From: Thermoanaerobaculia bacterium
Lineage (GTDB): Bacteria > Acidobacteriota > Thermoanaerobaculia > Multivoradales > JAHEKO01
NCBI GenBank assembly: GCA_049664225.1
Contig: JBATEX010000057.1
Coordinates: forward strand, 15,369-79,368
Direction: 5' to 3'
Length of the DNA: 64,000 bases
The notes below the pieces were generated by a model. It saw nothing but the letters and a program-made list of their open reading frames with translations, made no database searches and was not told the origin of the DNA. Below are positions 7,157 to 17,037 of this stretch, piece after piece. Position numbers and translations under genes: made by a program. The stretch's first letter is position 1, and every line of letters begins with the position of its first letter.

Positions 7157-9682
7157 TTATGGATAGTAGCCGCGGATGGTCCTGGCCTTCAACTTGCCAC
7201 TCCGGACCTCGACCTCGACCTCACGAAACTGGCCGTCAGGCTCGGGATTGTCCGACGCGTAGGCCACCAGGTACTGACTTCTCAGCTCCTCTTCTATTTC
7301 GCGGTAGACGCCAGTCAGTTCCTGCGCCTTGGAAATGAAGAACACCCGGCCGCCGGTTTCCTCCGCCAGGTTGGTCAGCTTGTTGCGCACCCCCCTCTCC
7401 AGGGCACCCACGTCGAGGCCGACCGCATAGATGGTCACGCCGCTGCGGCGGGCAAACTCGAGGGAATCTCGAAAGGGCATGGCGCTGGCTGTGTCATCTC
7501 CGTCCGAGAGCAGAATCAAAGCACGGCGTCCCCGCATGGCCCTGAAGTAGTAGAGGCCTGTAACCACCGCGTCGTGCAGAGTCGTCCAACCCACCGATTG
7601 GAGATCTTCGAGTGAGTCCTGAACGGCGCCGACGTCATCGGTCGGGGCGATGAGCAATCTTGGCTGATCGCTAAAGGCGACCGCGAAGACCTTGTCACGT
7701 AGTGTGATGATGTTCTCCAGAAAGCCGATGGCCGCTGCCTTGGCTTCCGGCAGGGATTCGGTCATGGAGCCCGAGGTATCGATCACGAAGCCGAGCGTCA
7801 GGGGAAGATCTTCCACCAGTTCGAACTTGGTGATCTTCTGTGGCCGTCCATCCTCTTCGACCGCGAAGTCTTCCTGCGTGAGACCCTTGACTGGCCTGCC
7901 GCTGCGGTCCGTGACGGTCGTAAAGAGCTCTACCAGCTTGACCTCGACCTCCTCCAAGAACTGGGGCGCGTTGAGGAAGCGCACCTCTTCTGCGCGGCTT
8001 TCGTCATCGAGATACGCGACAACGCTCAGATAGGCCATTCCACCCGCCGGCGGGATTTCTATCTCCACCTCCCAAGGAGGGCTCTGCAGCTCGGCCACCG
8101 ACTCCTCGTTGATCTTGAACTCCACTTTCTCGACTCGGCGGTCTTCCGGCACCACAACCTCGGCTCGGGCAATCGTGCGACCGCTCGCTGCGGCTCCCCG
8201 AGCCGGATCGATGATCCGCACCCGGAAGGCGCCTCGCGGCTGATTGATCACGACTTCATCGGTGGCTACGATCTCACCCGCCTCGTCGACACCCTCGGCC
8301 CTGACGACCTGCTCCACCGGGAACTGGGCCAATCGAAGCTCAGCTGTGAAGGGACGGCCCGAGCGAGTCATTTGCGGCTTGCCATCGACAAGAAAACGCA
8401 CTTTCGAGATGCGGCCGCCGGTGACCAGGGCTTCGGCTCTCCAGAGTCCCAGGACGACTTCCGTCGGGGGTGGCACCAAAAGAAGGCTGTCCTGACCCTG
8501 GATCTGGGAGCTGCCCAGATCCTGGCCCATGGCCACGATCGTTCCCTCGGGCACCGGTGGTATGTCCATGGCCTGTGGCTCTTCGGGCACGACAAATCCC
8601 TTGGTCAGGTAGGCTTCCGCGCCGCCGACCTCGTCCCGTACTCGCAGTCGAACCAAAAATGTCCGATTTGGGCGCAGCAATTGGTCCATGGCCAAGACGA
8701 TCGGCACGTCCTGCGTCGGTGGCTCGATCTTGAACCGTACTCTGAACTCGTCGAATACCTTCCCATCCTGTTCGATCACGCCTTCCATGGCGAGGATGAG
8801 ACCTTGTTCTTCGTCTTCCTCGGCGATCTCCAACTCGGCTGCTGAGGGGATGGGCACCACAAACCGCGCTACGGTCCGCTGGCGAACTTTGTCAGGGAAG
8901 AAGACCTCCAGCTCATTGGTTTCCAGCTGCTTCACCGCCTCGGTCTGCTCGCTGGCTACCGCCCGACGGGCCCACTCGGCCAAATCCGGAGGCGGCCCGA
9001 AATACCGCAGAATGTCTTCCTTCTGAGGTCTTCCAGGCTGAAAGCCTCGCAAGCCCTCGACCCCAGTGGCCTCATCCACCAGCCGCGCCTGCTTGCAGAT
9101 CTGGAGGTCGAATCGCTTGGCGATCTTGCGTCCTCCCAGCTCCTCCCATTGTTCCAGCCAATACTCCATCTCCTGGTTGTAGAGCACTCGCTTGGAATCG
9201 ATCGGCAACCAGACGCGATAGGGGCCATCGGGAATCGTCTCGTAGAAGACCAGGGACACCGCAGCTTCCGCATCACCATAGACCCAGATCTCTACAGGCT
9301 TGAAGGCCATCGCACACTCGATCTCCAACCGCCGGGTCGGCCTGCCGTGCAAGAACAGAGCAGCGGCCCGCTGATCCTCCAGTGCTAGAAACTCCGAATG
9401 CACCAGGCGGTAACGCCCTTCGATAGCCTCCAGAAGCTCGTTCTCCGGAGTCTCTGGCACGGGATCATCGGCGAGAAATGCCTCGATCATCGAGTCGCGC
9501 TCGTCGGCAGAGGCCTCGAGAAAGACCTGGCGCTGGTCGTCGGTGAGCAAGAGAGTCGGCACGTCCTGAAGGAAGGACCGCTGATACTCCGGCCAGAGGA
9601 CGATTTCTTCCCAGTCCTGGGCCAGGCAGAAAGGTGCCAGGGCGAGGATCGACAGGCTGATCAAGGAAATTCGTCTGAGCAT
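7157..9682 (-). CDS. secreted von Willebrand factor A domain protein (VWFA-related Acidobacterial-domain type)
   Basis: C-terminal VWA domain with a MIDAS motif (LTLGFVIDTSGSM ... LLSDGDDTAS). Signal peptide MLRRISLISLSILALAPFCLAQ from the ATG at 9682 (ORF track start 9712). The N-terminal region resembles a GWxTD-like domain (PVEIWVYGD). Confidence 0.8.
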   Translation of the reverse strand: MLRRISLISLSILALAPFCLAQDWEEIVLWPEYQRSFLQDVPTLLLTDDQRQVFLEASADERDSMIEAFLADDPVPETPENELLEAIEGRYRLVHSEFLALEDQRAAALFLHGRPTRRLEIECAMAFKPVEIWVYGDAEAAVSLVFYETIPDGPYRVWLPIDSKRVLYNQEMEYWLEQWEELGGRKIAKRFDLQICKQARLVDEATGVEGLRGFQPGRPQKEDILRYFGPPPDLAEWARRAVASEQTEAVKQLETNELEVFFPDKVRQRTVARFVVPIPSAAELEIAEEDEEQGLILAMEGVIEQDGKVFDEFRVRFKIEPPTQDVPIVLAMDQLLRPNRTFLVRLRVRDEVGGAEAYLTKGFVVPEEPQAMDIPPVPEGTIVAMGQDLGSSQIQGQDSLLLVPPPTEVVLGLWRAEALVTGGRISKVRFLVDGKPQMTRSGRPFTAELRLAQFPVEQVVRAEGVDEAGEIVATDEVVINQPRGAFRVRIIDPARGAAASGRTIARAEVVVPEDRRVEKVEFKINEESVAELQSPPWEVEIEIPPAGGMAYLSVVAYLDDESRAEEVRFLNAPQFLEEVEVKLVELFTTVTDRSGRPVKGLTQEDFAVEEDGRPQKITKFELVEDLPLTLGFVIDTSGSMTESLPEAKAAAIGFLENIITLRDKVFAVAFSDQPRLLIAPTDDVGAVQDSLEDLQSVGWTTLHDAVVTGLYYFRAMRGRRALILLSDGDDTASAMPFRDSLEFARRSGVTIYAVGLDVGALERGVRNKLTNLAEETGGRVFFISKAQELTGVYREIEEELRSQYLVAYASDNPEPDGQFREVEVEVRSGKLKARTIRGYYP

Positions 9683-9843
9683 GGAGGGTTCCCTTTGCAA
9701 TATGACTGCCATGGCTCGGTACCGCAGGACCGAAGACTACCGCAGGCCAGGATGCGCCATACAATAGCTCCACCACGCAGCTGCTTCTCTGGGTCATACG
9801 GACCTGACGAAGTCAAGGCTTGCAGAATCCGGAGCCCAAGATC

Positions 9844-10881
9844 ATGACACGTCGCACCAACGAGCCGATTCACAACTTCGAGGATGGGGACAGCGTCTCC
9901 GGATTTGCCTATCTCGCCAAGATGGAGCGACGCCAGGACAAAAATGGTCGTGATTTTCTCGACCTGGTTCTCAAGGATGCCAGCGGCTCGATCAGCGGCA
10001 AGGTGTGGTCCGACAGCCCCGCCTTGAATGGCAACTATGAACTGCACGACTTCGTGGCTTTCAGAGGCACGCTGCAGAGCTATCGGGATCAGCTGCAGAT
10101 GAATGTGCGGGAGTGTCGGCGGGCAATCGAGGACGACCGACAGCATGGCTTCGATGAAGCGCTGCTCATCCCTTCGACCCGACAGAGCATCGACGAGCTC
10201 GAGCAGCGCTTGATAGAGATTCTGTCTCAGGAGATCGAACACCCGATCCTTCATCGCCTCGCCCAGGAAACACTTGCCAGCCACGGGCATCAGCTGCGGG
10301 AGCACCCGGCTGCCAAGATGATCCATCACGCTTTTCGGGGCGGCCTTCTGGAGCATGTGGTCTCCATGGCCGAGTTGGCGTTGGGGGTCTGCCGTCACTA
10401 TCCAGAGCTCAATAGCGACCTCCTGCTGTTGGGAGTGCTCTTCCACGATCTGGGAAAGACCCAGGAATTGGGCGCCATGCCGAACAACGATTACACCCTG
10501 GAAGGGCGCCTGGTGGGACACGTCGTGATGGGCCGTGATCTGCTGCGAGAGCGTTGCCGAGCGATCCCCGACTTTCCTACCGATCTGCAGCTGCACCTCG
10601 AGCACCTGATCCTCTCCCACCAAGGGCGGCTCGAGTTCGGATCGCCAGTACAGCCGATGACTCCGGAGGCGCTCGCCTTACACTTCATCGACGACCTGGA
10701 CTCCAAGCTGGCGCAGCTGCGAGAGGCGAACGAGAAGGAGCCGGCACTCCAATACTTGACCGGCTTCAGTCGCTTTCTCTACACCGGTTTCACACCTCGC
10801 CAGGAAGAAGTGCCAGGAGAGGGCTCCGAGGAGCCGGAACCATCGTCGCCCCCCGCGCAACCGACTCTCGATCTCGACTGA
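9844..10881 (+). CDS. OB-fold plus HD-domain phosphohydrolase, YhaM-like 3'-5' exoribonuclease
   Basis: OB-fold-like N-terminus followed by HD motifs HHAFRGGLLEHVVSM, LLGVLFHDLGK and LILSHQG. The ATG at 9844 has GGAG about 9 nt upstream. The ORF track start at 9820 is TTG. Confidence 0.75.
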   Translation: MTRRTNEPIHNFEDGDSVSGFAYLAKMERRQDKNGRDFLDLVLKDASGSISGKVWSDSPALNGNYELHDFVAFRGTLQSYRDQLQMNVRECRRAIEDDRQHGFDEALLIPSTRQSIDELEQRLIEILSQEIEHPILHRLAQETLASHGHQLREHPAAKMIHHAFRGGLLEHVVSMAELALGVCRHYPELNSDLLLLGVLFHDLGKTQELGAMPNNDYTLEGRLVGHVVMGRDLLRERCRAIPDFPTDLQLHLEHLILSHQGRLEFGSPVQPMTPEALALHFIDDLDSKLAQLREANEKEPALQYLTGFSRFLYTGFTPRQEEVPGEGSEEPEPSSPPAQPTLDLD

Positions 10882-10966
10882 GCCGATCAACGAGTCGTTC
10901 CTTTCGACTATACTGGCAACCCCTACAAGCCCGGCCGACCCACAGCGCGGGACCCTACAAGCTTCG

Positions 10967-12397
10967 ATGTCCACTCAGGTGCCAGGAATCAGCCGACGCG
11001 AGGTCTTGCAATCCCTCGGCGTGGCTGGTGCCGGAGTCGCACTCGGTTGCGGCCGGAGTGGCGAAACCGGGGTTTCGGGCACCGCTAGGGATGACAAGCT
11101 ACGTGCGGAGATAGCCCGCAAAGTCCAGAAAACGCCGTTCGTAGACACCCACGAACATCTTCCAGACGAGGCTGATCGCCTAGCCGGCCTCGGAGTCCCT
11201 TGCGATGACTGGAGTCTGCTGTTTCACGACTACCTCCGCTCGGATCTCGTTGCTGCCGGAATGCCAGCTTCGGAGATCGTCGCGTTCTTCTCCAGAAACG
11301 TCGAACCTCGGCGCAAGTGGCAGATCCTGGAGCCTTTCTGGCCGCGAGTTATGAACACCGGCTTTGGCCAGGCGCTACGGATCTCCATGCGGGAGCTGTA
11401 TGGCGTCGAGGCTCTCGACACCAAGACGATTCCCCTCTTGCAGGAAGCGTACGAGGACCTTCGCAAACCAGGAATGTACGAGAAGGTCCTGGTCAAGGAA
11501 TCAAACATCGAATCCTGTCAGGTCAACACCGATGGCCTGCCCTTCCACGAGTCCAAACAGCCGACGTTGCTGATGCAGGATTTGAGCTTCCAGACACTTC
11601 ACATGGACCCCGACATCGGCGGGCTGTCGAGGCAGGCGGGCATCGTAGTTCGATCGCTCGATGACTGGCACGAAGTGATTCGGTGGTGGTTCGGCAGGTA
11701 CTCGAAATATGCCGTCGCGGCTAAGAGCCAGGGCGCCTATCTGCGACGCATCAACTACCACCGAGTGGCGCAGGAAGAAGCAGAGCCCGTGTTCGCCCAG
11801 ATTCTCCGTGGCGAGAGCCCGGAGCACAGCAGGATCCAGTTGCTGGAGGATCATCTGTTCTGGTTCTGTGTCGATCAGGCCACCCAGCACCAGCTGCCGG
11901 TGAAGATTCACACAGGCTATCTCTCGGGCGAACGGATCGAGAATCTTCGCCACATCACTCAGCATCCACACGACATCATCGAGCTGTGCCGACAGGCTCA
12001 CGAGACGAGATTCGTCTTCCTGCACATCTCCTATCCCTACTGGCAAGAGCTCATCGCGGTTGCGAAGCGCTTCTCCGCCGCCCATATCGACATGAGCTGG
12101 GCGTGGGCCTTGGATCCGGCTGGCGCCACCGAGTTTCTCAAGCGATATCTCGTCTCGGCGCCGTGGAACAAGGTGTTCACATTTGGCGGTGACTACTCCG
12201 TCGTGGAGTGCGTCCTCGGTCACGCGGTAATGGCCCGCCAGGGCATCACCCAGGCTCTGGCTGAGCTGGTCGAAGAGGGTTGGCTTCGACATCAGGAAGC
12301 TGTCGGTCTGGTGGAACCTCTGCTCCGTGGCAACGCGAGAACAACCTTTAACCTTGAAGAAAAAACCAGGGCTCTCTCCAAGGCCCCATGGGCCTGA
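10967..12397 (+). CDS. amidohydrolase-fold protein with Tat-like signal
   Basis: SRREVLQSLGVAGAGVALGCG twin-arginine-like leader. FVDTHEHL metal-binding lead motif of amidohydrolase-fold enzymes. Confidence 0.7.
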   Translation: MSTQVPGISRREVLQSLGVAGAGVALGCGRSGETGVSGTARDDKLRAEIARKVQKTPFVDTHEHLPDEADRLAGLGVPCDDWSLLFHDYLRSDLVAAGMPASEIVAFFSRNVEPRRKWQILEPFWPRVMNTGFGQALRISMRELYGVEALDTKTIPLLQEAYEDLRKPGMYEKVLVKESNIESCQVNTDGLPFHESKQPTLLMQDLSFQTLHMDPDIGGLSRQAGIVVRSLDDWHEVIRWWFGRYSKYAVAAKSQGAYLRRINYHRVAQEEAEPVFAQILRGESPEHSRIQLLEDHLFWFCVDQATQHQLPVKIHTGYLSGERIENLRHITQHPHDIIELCRQAHETRFVFLHISYPYWQELIAVAKRFSAAHIDMSWAWALDPAGATEFLKRYLVSAPWNKVFTFGGDYSVVECVLGHAVMARQGITQALAELVEEGWLRHQEAVGLVEPLLRGNARTTFNLEEKTRALSKAPWA

Positions 12398-12420
12398 GGC
12401 GACGCGATGGACTCTGTTCA

Positions 12421-14004
12421 ATGAACCGAATCTCCAGAAAACCGAACGCCAGGCGGGCGGCCATGCTTCTCGTCGCCCTGCTGGTGAGCCTCTCCTGCGC
12501 CCGCCAGAAGGACGAAACCGGCCGCCTGCCGACCATGTTCGTGGGTGTCGATGGCGCCTCGTGGGTGGCGATCGAAGAGCTCTGGGAGCAGGGTCGGCTT
12601 CCCAATCTGCGCGCTCTCGCCGAACGGGGGGTCACCAGCAAACTCAAACCGGTGGCTGATATCTCTCCGGTCATCTGGACCAGCATGGTCACCGGGGTGA
12701 AGCCAAAGACACACGGGATCGAGGACTTCCTCCTCCCTACCGACCAAGGAGACATCCCGGTCACGTCCAGCGTTCGCCGGGTCCCCGCACTCTGGAACAT
12801 GCTGTCCACGGCTGACAAACGCGTTGCCGCCCTGGGATGGTGGGCCTCGTGGCCGGCGGAACCCGTCAACGGCATCGTGGTCTCGGATCGAGCCCTCCGC
12901 GGTGTCGAGCATGGCCTGTACCCTGAGAGCCTGGCACCGCGATTTCAGGAAATCGCAGATCGATTCCCACAGCCCACCGAGTCCGGCCTACAGGCGGAGG
13001 TCGCCCGCCAGGACAGCGTCATGGGGGAGCTGGCCCGCCAGCTGGCGAGTGAGGATTTCGATCTGATTCTGGTCTATCTCCGCAGCCCCGACGTCGTCAG
13101 TCATCCCTATTGGAAGTACTTCCAGCCGCCCGAGGACGAGAAGATCGACCAGGAGAAGATCGAACGCTTCGGCGAGCTTGTGCCCGCCGCCTACGAGTTC
13201 TTCGATCGGATTCTCGGCCGGCTTGTTGACGCGGCTCCAAGAGAGACGAATTTTTTCGTCGTGTCGGATCATGGCTTCACCGCCGTCGAAGGTGAGCAGT
13301 ATCGAATGCTGGTGGACCTGAATCGAGTCCTGGAGCACATGGGATACCTCGTGCGGGTCGACGGCGAGATCGATTGGTCGAGGACCAAAGCCATCACCTG
13401 GAACACCCCTCCCGGGGTGCCCGAGAAGATGGTGCGCATCGGCCTCGATAATCGAAATCCCATAGGACCGGTGAGCCTCGGAGATCTGGACCAACTGCGC
13501 GATCGGCTGGCATCAGACTTGAGGTTGGTCGTCCATGAGAACGGCGCTCCGCTGTTCGGTGTCCGAAATCCGACGAGCGCCCAGCTCGAGCAAGGTGCCG
13601 ACCTGACGGTTCTCGTCCATAAACGCAGGAAACCGAGTGCGGTCTTCTTCCATGGCCAGGAGATCCCAGGGGTCATGCAGTCGGTCGAAGAGCTCACCGG
13701 CACCCACTCTGTCAAGACCAAGGGGATCTTCATCGCCGCGGGCCCAGACATCGATCCGTCATTCTCCGCCAAGGTCGTCCACGCTCTCGACATCGCTCCA
13801 ACCGTGCTGTACTCCCTGAGTCTGCCGGTGGCAGAAGACTTCGATGGAATGGCGCGTACTCGCCTCTTCCGTCCCGAATTCCGCGCCGCTAACCCCTTGC
13901 AGACCATTCCGACCTGGGGCGAAGCCCGAGAGGGAAGCGCTACGCCATCAGAGATCGACAACGAGCTCGTCGAGGAGCTCAGAGCGCTCGGCTATCTCGA
14001 TTGA
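12421..14004 (+). CDS. alkaline phosphatase superfamily protein (type I phosphodiesterase/nucleotide pyrophosphatase-like)
   Basis: Motifs FVGVDGASW, PVIWTSMVTGVKPKTHGI and FFVVSDHGF. Lipoprotein-like leader MNRISRKPNARRAAMLLVALLVSLSC from the ATG at 12421 (ORF track start 12388). Confidence 0.7.
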   Translation: MNRISRKPNARRAAMLLVALLVSLSCARQKDETGRLPTMFVGVDGASWVAIEELWEQGRLPNLRALAERGVTSKLKPVADISPVIWTSMVTGVKPKTHGIEDFLLPTDQGDIPVTSSVRRVPALWNMLSTADKRVAALGWWASWPAEPVNGIVVSDRALRGVEHGLYPESLAPRFQEIADRFPQPTESGLQAEVARQDSVMGELARQLASEDFDLILVYLRSPDVVSHPYWKYFQPPEDEKIDQEKIERFGELVPAAYEFFDRILGRLVDAAPRETNFFVVSDHGFTAVEGEQYRMLVDLNRVLEHMGYLVRVDGEIDWSRTKAITWNTPPGVPEKMVRIGLDNRNPIGPVSLGDLDQLRDRLASDLRLVVHENGAPLFGVRNPTSAQLEQGADLTVLVHKRRKPSAVFFHGQEIPGVMQSVEELTGTHSVKTKGIFIAAGPDIDPSFSAKVVHALDIAPTVLYSLSLPVAEDFDGMARTRLFRPEFRAANPLQTIPTWGEAREGSATPSEIDNELVEELRALGYLD

Positions 14005-15212
14005 GCAACGGCAAAAATCGATCCGCACACCTTCGCTCCGACATCATGCCTCACCCACAACGAGACCAGGGGGTGCTGAAGAAACTCCTCGTGCCGCTAG
14101 TTACACTTGCCGTATCCTTTGTCCTGAGTCTTGCCGCCGCCGAGGTGTTGGTGCGAGTGGCACGGCCGCAGCCCAGGTTGGTCATCGAGCCTGGCGGCTT
14201 CTATATGCCCGATCCACCTGGACGATACCGACTGTCGCCGGGATATCGTGGCAGAATCTACAACCGCGCCGAGTACTCGAACGAGATCCGGATCAACGAT
14301 GCAGGGCTACGGGGCTCCGAGCTCGGACCTTCGTCTGAGGAGATCCCGCGAGTTCTGATTGTCGGGGACTCGTTCGTCTTCGGCGTCGGTGTCGAAGACT
14401 CCGAGACCTTCACCGCACTGCTGCCGAAGAATCTGGCCCGAATGGGATTCGCGGCAGAGGGTCTGAACGCCGGGATTCCGGCCTTCGGCGTACCCGACGC
14501 CGAGAGCTGGTTCCGGCGGCACGGTGCCGATCTCGATCCGGACGTCGTGGTCCTGGCGATCTTCCTGGGTAACGATCTGGTGGATGCGTCGCCCGATCGC
14601 GAGGAGATTCTACTCGTCGATGGACTGCTGGTTCCCAGCCAGTCCTCCGGCGGCCTCAAGGCCGGGTTGCACCGCCGCTCCCACCTCTTCGTCGCCATCA
14701 AGAGTCTCCTGGAGCAGCCGGGTTTCCAGCCTCTCCGCGCCAAGCTGGGCCTGGGAGAGCCTTGGACGACCAGGACTCTCAGAGAAGAGCTCGGCGTCTA
14801 CAAGCAGTCAGCGGAGCAGGACCTACGGGCGGCAATCGACGCTACCGATGAAGCTCTTGGAGGATTTGTGGATCTGTCCGAGGAGCTCGGCTTCGATCTC
14901 GTCGCCGTACTGATCCCCAGCGAGATCCAGATCGAGCCCGATCGTTGGTACACCAGCCTTACCAGCCTGGGTCTTGTCCCGGCCGACTACGAACCCTCTA
15001 CCCCAACCCGGATCTTTCAGGATCTTCTCGCCCGGCACGGGGTCCCGACTCTCGACTTCGGACCACCATTTGTCGCCGGCCTGTCACGGGGCGATCAGCT
15101 CTACTTTCGCTTCGATCGTCATTGGACCCCAGCAGGCCATTCACTGGCTGCCAACGAGCTGGCGCGGTTCCTTGCACCCCGCCTCGAATCCGCCGGCGCG
15201 CCGAGCCTCTAG
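14001..15212 (+). CDS. SGNH/GDSL hydrolase family protein (AlgX/AlgJ-like)
   Basis: N-terminal TM segment, GDS block LIVGDSFVFGVGV and a C-terminal FDRHWTPAGHSLAA block. The start is TTG at 14001; an ATG at 14046 is an alternative. Confidence 0.65.
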   Translation: MSNGKNRSAHLRSDIMPHPQRDQGVLKKLLVPLVTLAVSFVLSLAAAEVLVRVARPQPRLVIEPGGFYMPDPPGRYRLSPGYRGRIYNRAEYSNEIRINDAGLRGSELGPSSEEIPRVLIVGDSFVFGVGVEDSETFTALLPKNLARMGFAAEGLNAGIPAFGVPDAESWFRRHGADLDPDVVVLAIFLGNDLVDASPDREEILLVDGLLVPSQSSGGLKAGLHRRSHLFVAIKSLLEQPGFQPLRAKLGLGEPWTTRTLREELGVYKQSAEQDLRAAIDATDEALGGFVDLSEELGFDLVAVLIPSEIQIEPDRWYTSLTSLGLVPADYEPSTPTRIFQDLLARHGVPTLDFGPPFVAGLSRGDQLYFRFDRHWTPAGHSLAANELARFLAPRLESAGAPSL

Positions 15213-15219
15213 ATCTTGT

Positions 15220-15711
15220 TCAGATCGGCAGGTGGTACAGCATCCAGTACACCAGGACTCCGGTGACGGAAACGTAGAGCCAGATGGGCAGGGTCCAGCG
15301 TGCGATGGCCGCATGCTTGTCGAATCGACCCCGCAAAGCCCGCATCAGTGTGATCGCCGCCAGTATCGGCACAGCAGCCGCCAACGCGGAATGAGTTAGC
15401 AGGACAGTCAAGTAGAACGTCCTCAGCGTTCCCGTGCCCTGGAATCGCATGGAGCCCACCTGTGAGTGATAGAAGAGATAGCTGACGAGGAAGAGGACGG
15501 AGCAGGCGAACGCTACCAGCATACAAGCCCTGTGAGCTCCGATTCTGCGTTGCCGGACCATCCAATAGCCCCCAACCAGAAAGGTCGCACTCAGGCCATT
15601 CAGCGAAGCGTTGAGCGTGGGCAGCGTCGAGAGATCAGGCATCAGTCGATCATACATGTCCCCAGGCGACTCTCCATCGAGGGCCTTGGGGACGCCGACG
15701 TCGACTGACAA
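15220..15711 (-). CDS. DUF420 (CtaM-like) membrane protein
   Basis: 163 aa with about 4 TM segments. LPTLNASLNGLSATFLVGGYWMVRQRR is typical of DUF420 proteins. It is the last gene of the oxidase operon, 5 nt after coxII. Confidence 0.75.
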   Translation of the reverse strand: MSVDVGVPKALDGESPGDMYDRLMPDLSTLPTLNASLNGLSATFLVGGYWMVRQRRIGAHRACMLVAFACSVLFLVSYLFYHSQVGSMRFQGTGTLRTFYLTVLLTHSALAAAVPILAAITLMRALRGRFDKHAAIARWTLPIWLYVSVTGVLVYWMLYHLPI

Positions 15712-15716
15712 GCCGT

Positions 15717-16517
15717 TCAGCTAGTGGCAGGTGCCAACTTCTTCAGCTTCTGGTCCATCCAGGCGTCGAAGTCGGCCTGAGAGTGCACCTGAAAGAAGCC
15801 TCGCATTCGGTAGTGACCGAGACCGCACAGCTGAGCACAGGCGATCTCCCAGCACGAGAGGTTGGCCGCGCAGCCGGGCAGCTGCGCTTCCTCGGGCGTC
15901 GTGACCACCGGTACGAAGTGAACCGGTATCTCCATCCCGGGGACGGAGTCCTGTTTGACTCGCATGACTGGCAGAAAGAAGCTGTGAATCACATCCTTGC
16001 TGGACAACAGAACGGTCACGGGCCGGTTCACCGGCAGATGGAGTTGATTGATCGTCGTCACGTCGTCTTTGGCAAACGGATCCTGCCGATCCAGACCTAG
16101 CGGGTTGGCAGCATCCACGAGGTTCACATCGACACTGCCAAAAACACCGTCGGGACCCGGATAGTGGACATTCCAGGCGAACTGCTCAGCGACGACCCTG
16201 ACCTGCAAGGCATCCACATCAGGCGAATGAGGAGTCACCCATCGTGCCCATGCCGGGATGGCAAAGCCGACCAAGAGAATAGCCTCGGCCAGAACGACGC
16301 CTCCTTCCAGATACGAGGAGAAGTGGCTCTTGACTCCCGTGTAGCTGGCCTGTGCGTTTCTGCCGGCCCGAAAGCGGAACAGGACATAGACGAAGTAGAG
16401 ACTCCACCCGACAAAGAGAAAGAGCATCAGCCAGTGCATCAGGACCATCATGCGGTCAATCTCCGCACCGTGTGCGGCTGCGTTCTCAGGTAGCCATCGA
16501 CTCAGTATCGAGTACAT
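15717..16517 (-). CDS. ctaC: cytochrome c oxidase subunit II (no fused cytochrome c domain)
   Basis: Two N-terminal TM helices plus a cupredoxin domain with CuA ligands: VIHSFFLP ... CAQLCGLGHYRM. Confidence 0.9.
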   Translation of the reverse strand: MYSILSRWLPENAAAHGAEIDRMMVLMHWLMLFLFVGWSLYFVYVLFRFRAGRNAQASYTGVKSHFSSYLEGGVVLAEAILLVGFAIPAWARWVTPHSPDVDALQVRVVAEQFAWNVHYPGPDGVFGSVDVNLVDAANPLGLDRQDPFAKDDVTTINQLHLPVNRPVTVLLSSKDVIHSFFLPVMRVKQDSVPGMEIPVHFVPVVTTPEEAQLPGCAANLSCWEIACAQLCGLGHYRMRGFFQVHSQADFDAWMDQKLKKLAPATS

Positions 16518-16829
16518 CTAGGGTGTCCCTCCATGCGTCGGCTGCAGATCTTTGCCCTGGCTTCGCGCCTGTCGGGCGCGCTGGCGAAAGGACAGGAACA
16601 ACGCCACAAAGCTGCCTTGAACCAAAGCTACCACTCCCAGCAGGAGGAGGATCGCGTTGTTCATTCCGGCCGTCATGGCCGAATCCTCGGCGCCATAGCA
16701 GACGGCGCAGGCCACGGCGGACTCCGACAACGCTACCGCCGCGATGAGAGCCATGGGAACCGCGAGCCAGCCTGAGGAAGCGGCTCGTTTGGAATTTCCG
16801 CCGGTCGGGCCCAGGTCAGTCCGTCGCAT
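16518..16829 (-). CDS. hypothetical two-TM miniprotein with CxxC motif
   Basis: 103 aa. First TM WLAVPMALIAAVALSESAVA is followed directly by CAVCYG. Second TM is AILLLLGVVALVQGSFVALFLSF. Its stop abuts the coxII start codon. The start could be internal. Confidence 0.55.
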   Translation of the reverse strand: MRRTDLGPTGGNSKRAASSGWLAVPMALIAAVALSESAVACAVCYGAEDSAMTAGMNNAILLLLGVVALVQGSFVALFLSFRQRARQARSQGKDLQPTHGGTP

Positions 16830-16831
16830 TG

Positions 16832-17035
16832 CTATTCGAGCCTTTTCAGTTTGCCGAAGTACCGCGCGGCATAGAGCGACAGCAGTATCCCGGTCAGAAA
16901 GAAGATCACCGCCACGCCCAAGCCCTGGCTACTGGACCGCTGCAAGTACTGCTGCGTGCCCCAGGCACCGACGCCAATGGACAGGAGAATCGAGGCCACG
17001 ATGAAGACGACATGGAAACTTCGCAGAGACAGCAT
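16832..17035 (-). CDS. hypothetical two-TM miniprotein
   Basis: 67 aa with two hydrophobic helices (FHVVFIVASILLSIGVGAW, GVAVIFFLTGILLSLYAA). Separated by 2-nt gaps from both flanking operon genes. Confidence 0.55.
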   Translation of the reverse strand: MLSLRSFHVVFIVASILLSIGVGAWGTQQYLQRSSSQGLGVAVIFFLTGILLSLYAARYFGKLKRLE

Positions 17036-17037
17036 GG

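Noticed and set aside
9661-10623. 320-aa minus-strand ORF, and the similar long antisense ORFs 11501..12421, 21415..22413, 42463..43377 and 44407..45219
   Set aside because: Each lies opposite a gene with strong family motifs (YhaM-like HD, amidohydrolase, HAD/Tag, ActB). Each has the skewed composition of high-GC shadow frames.
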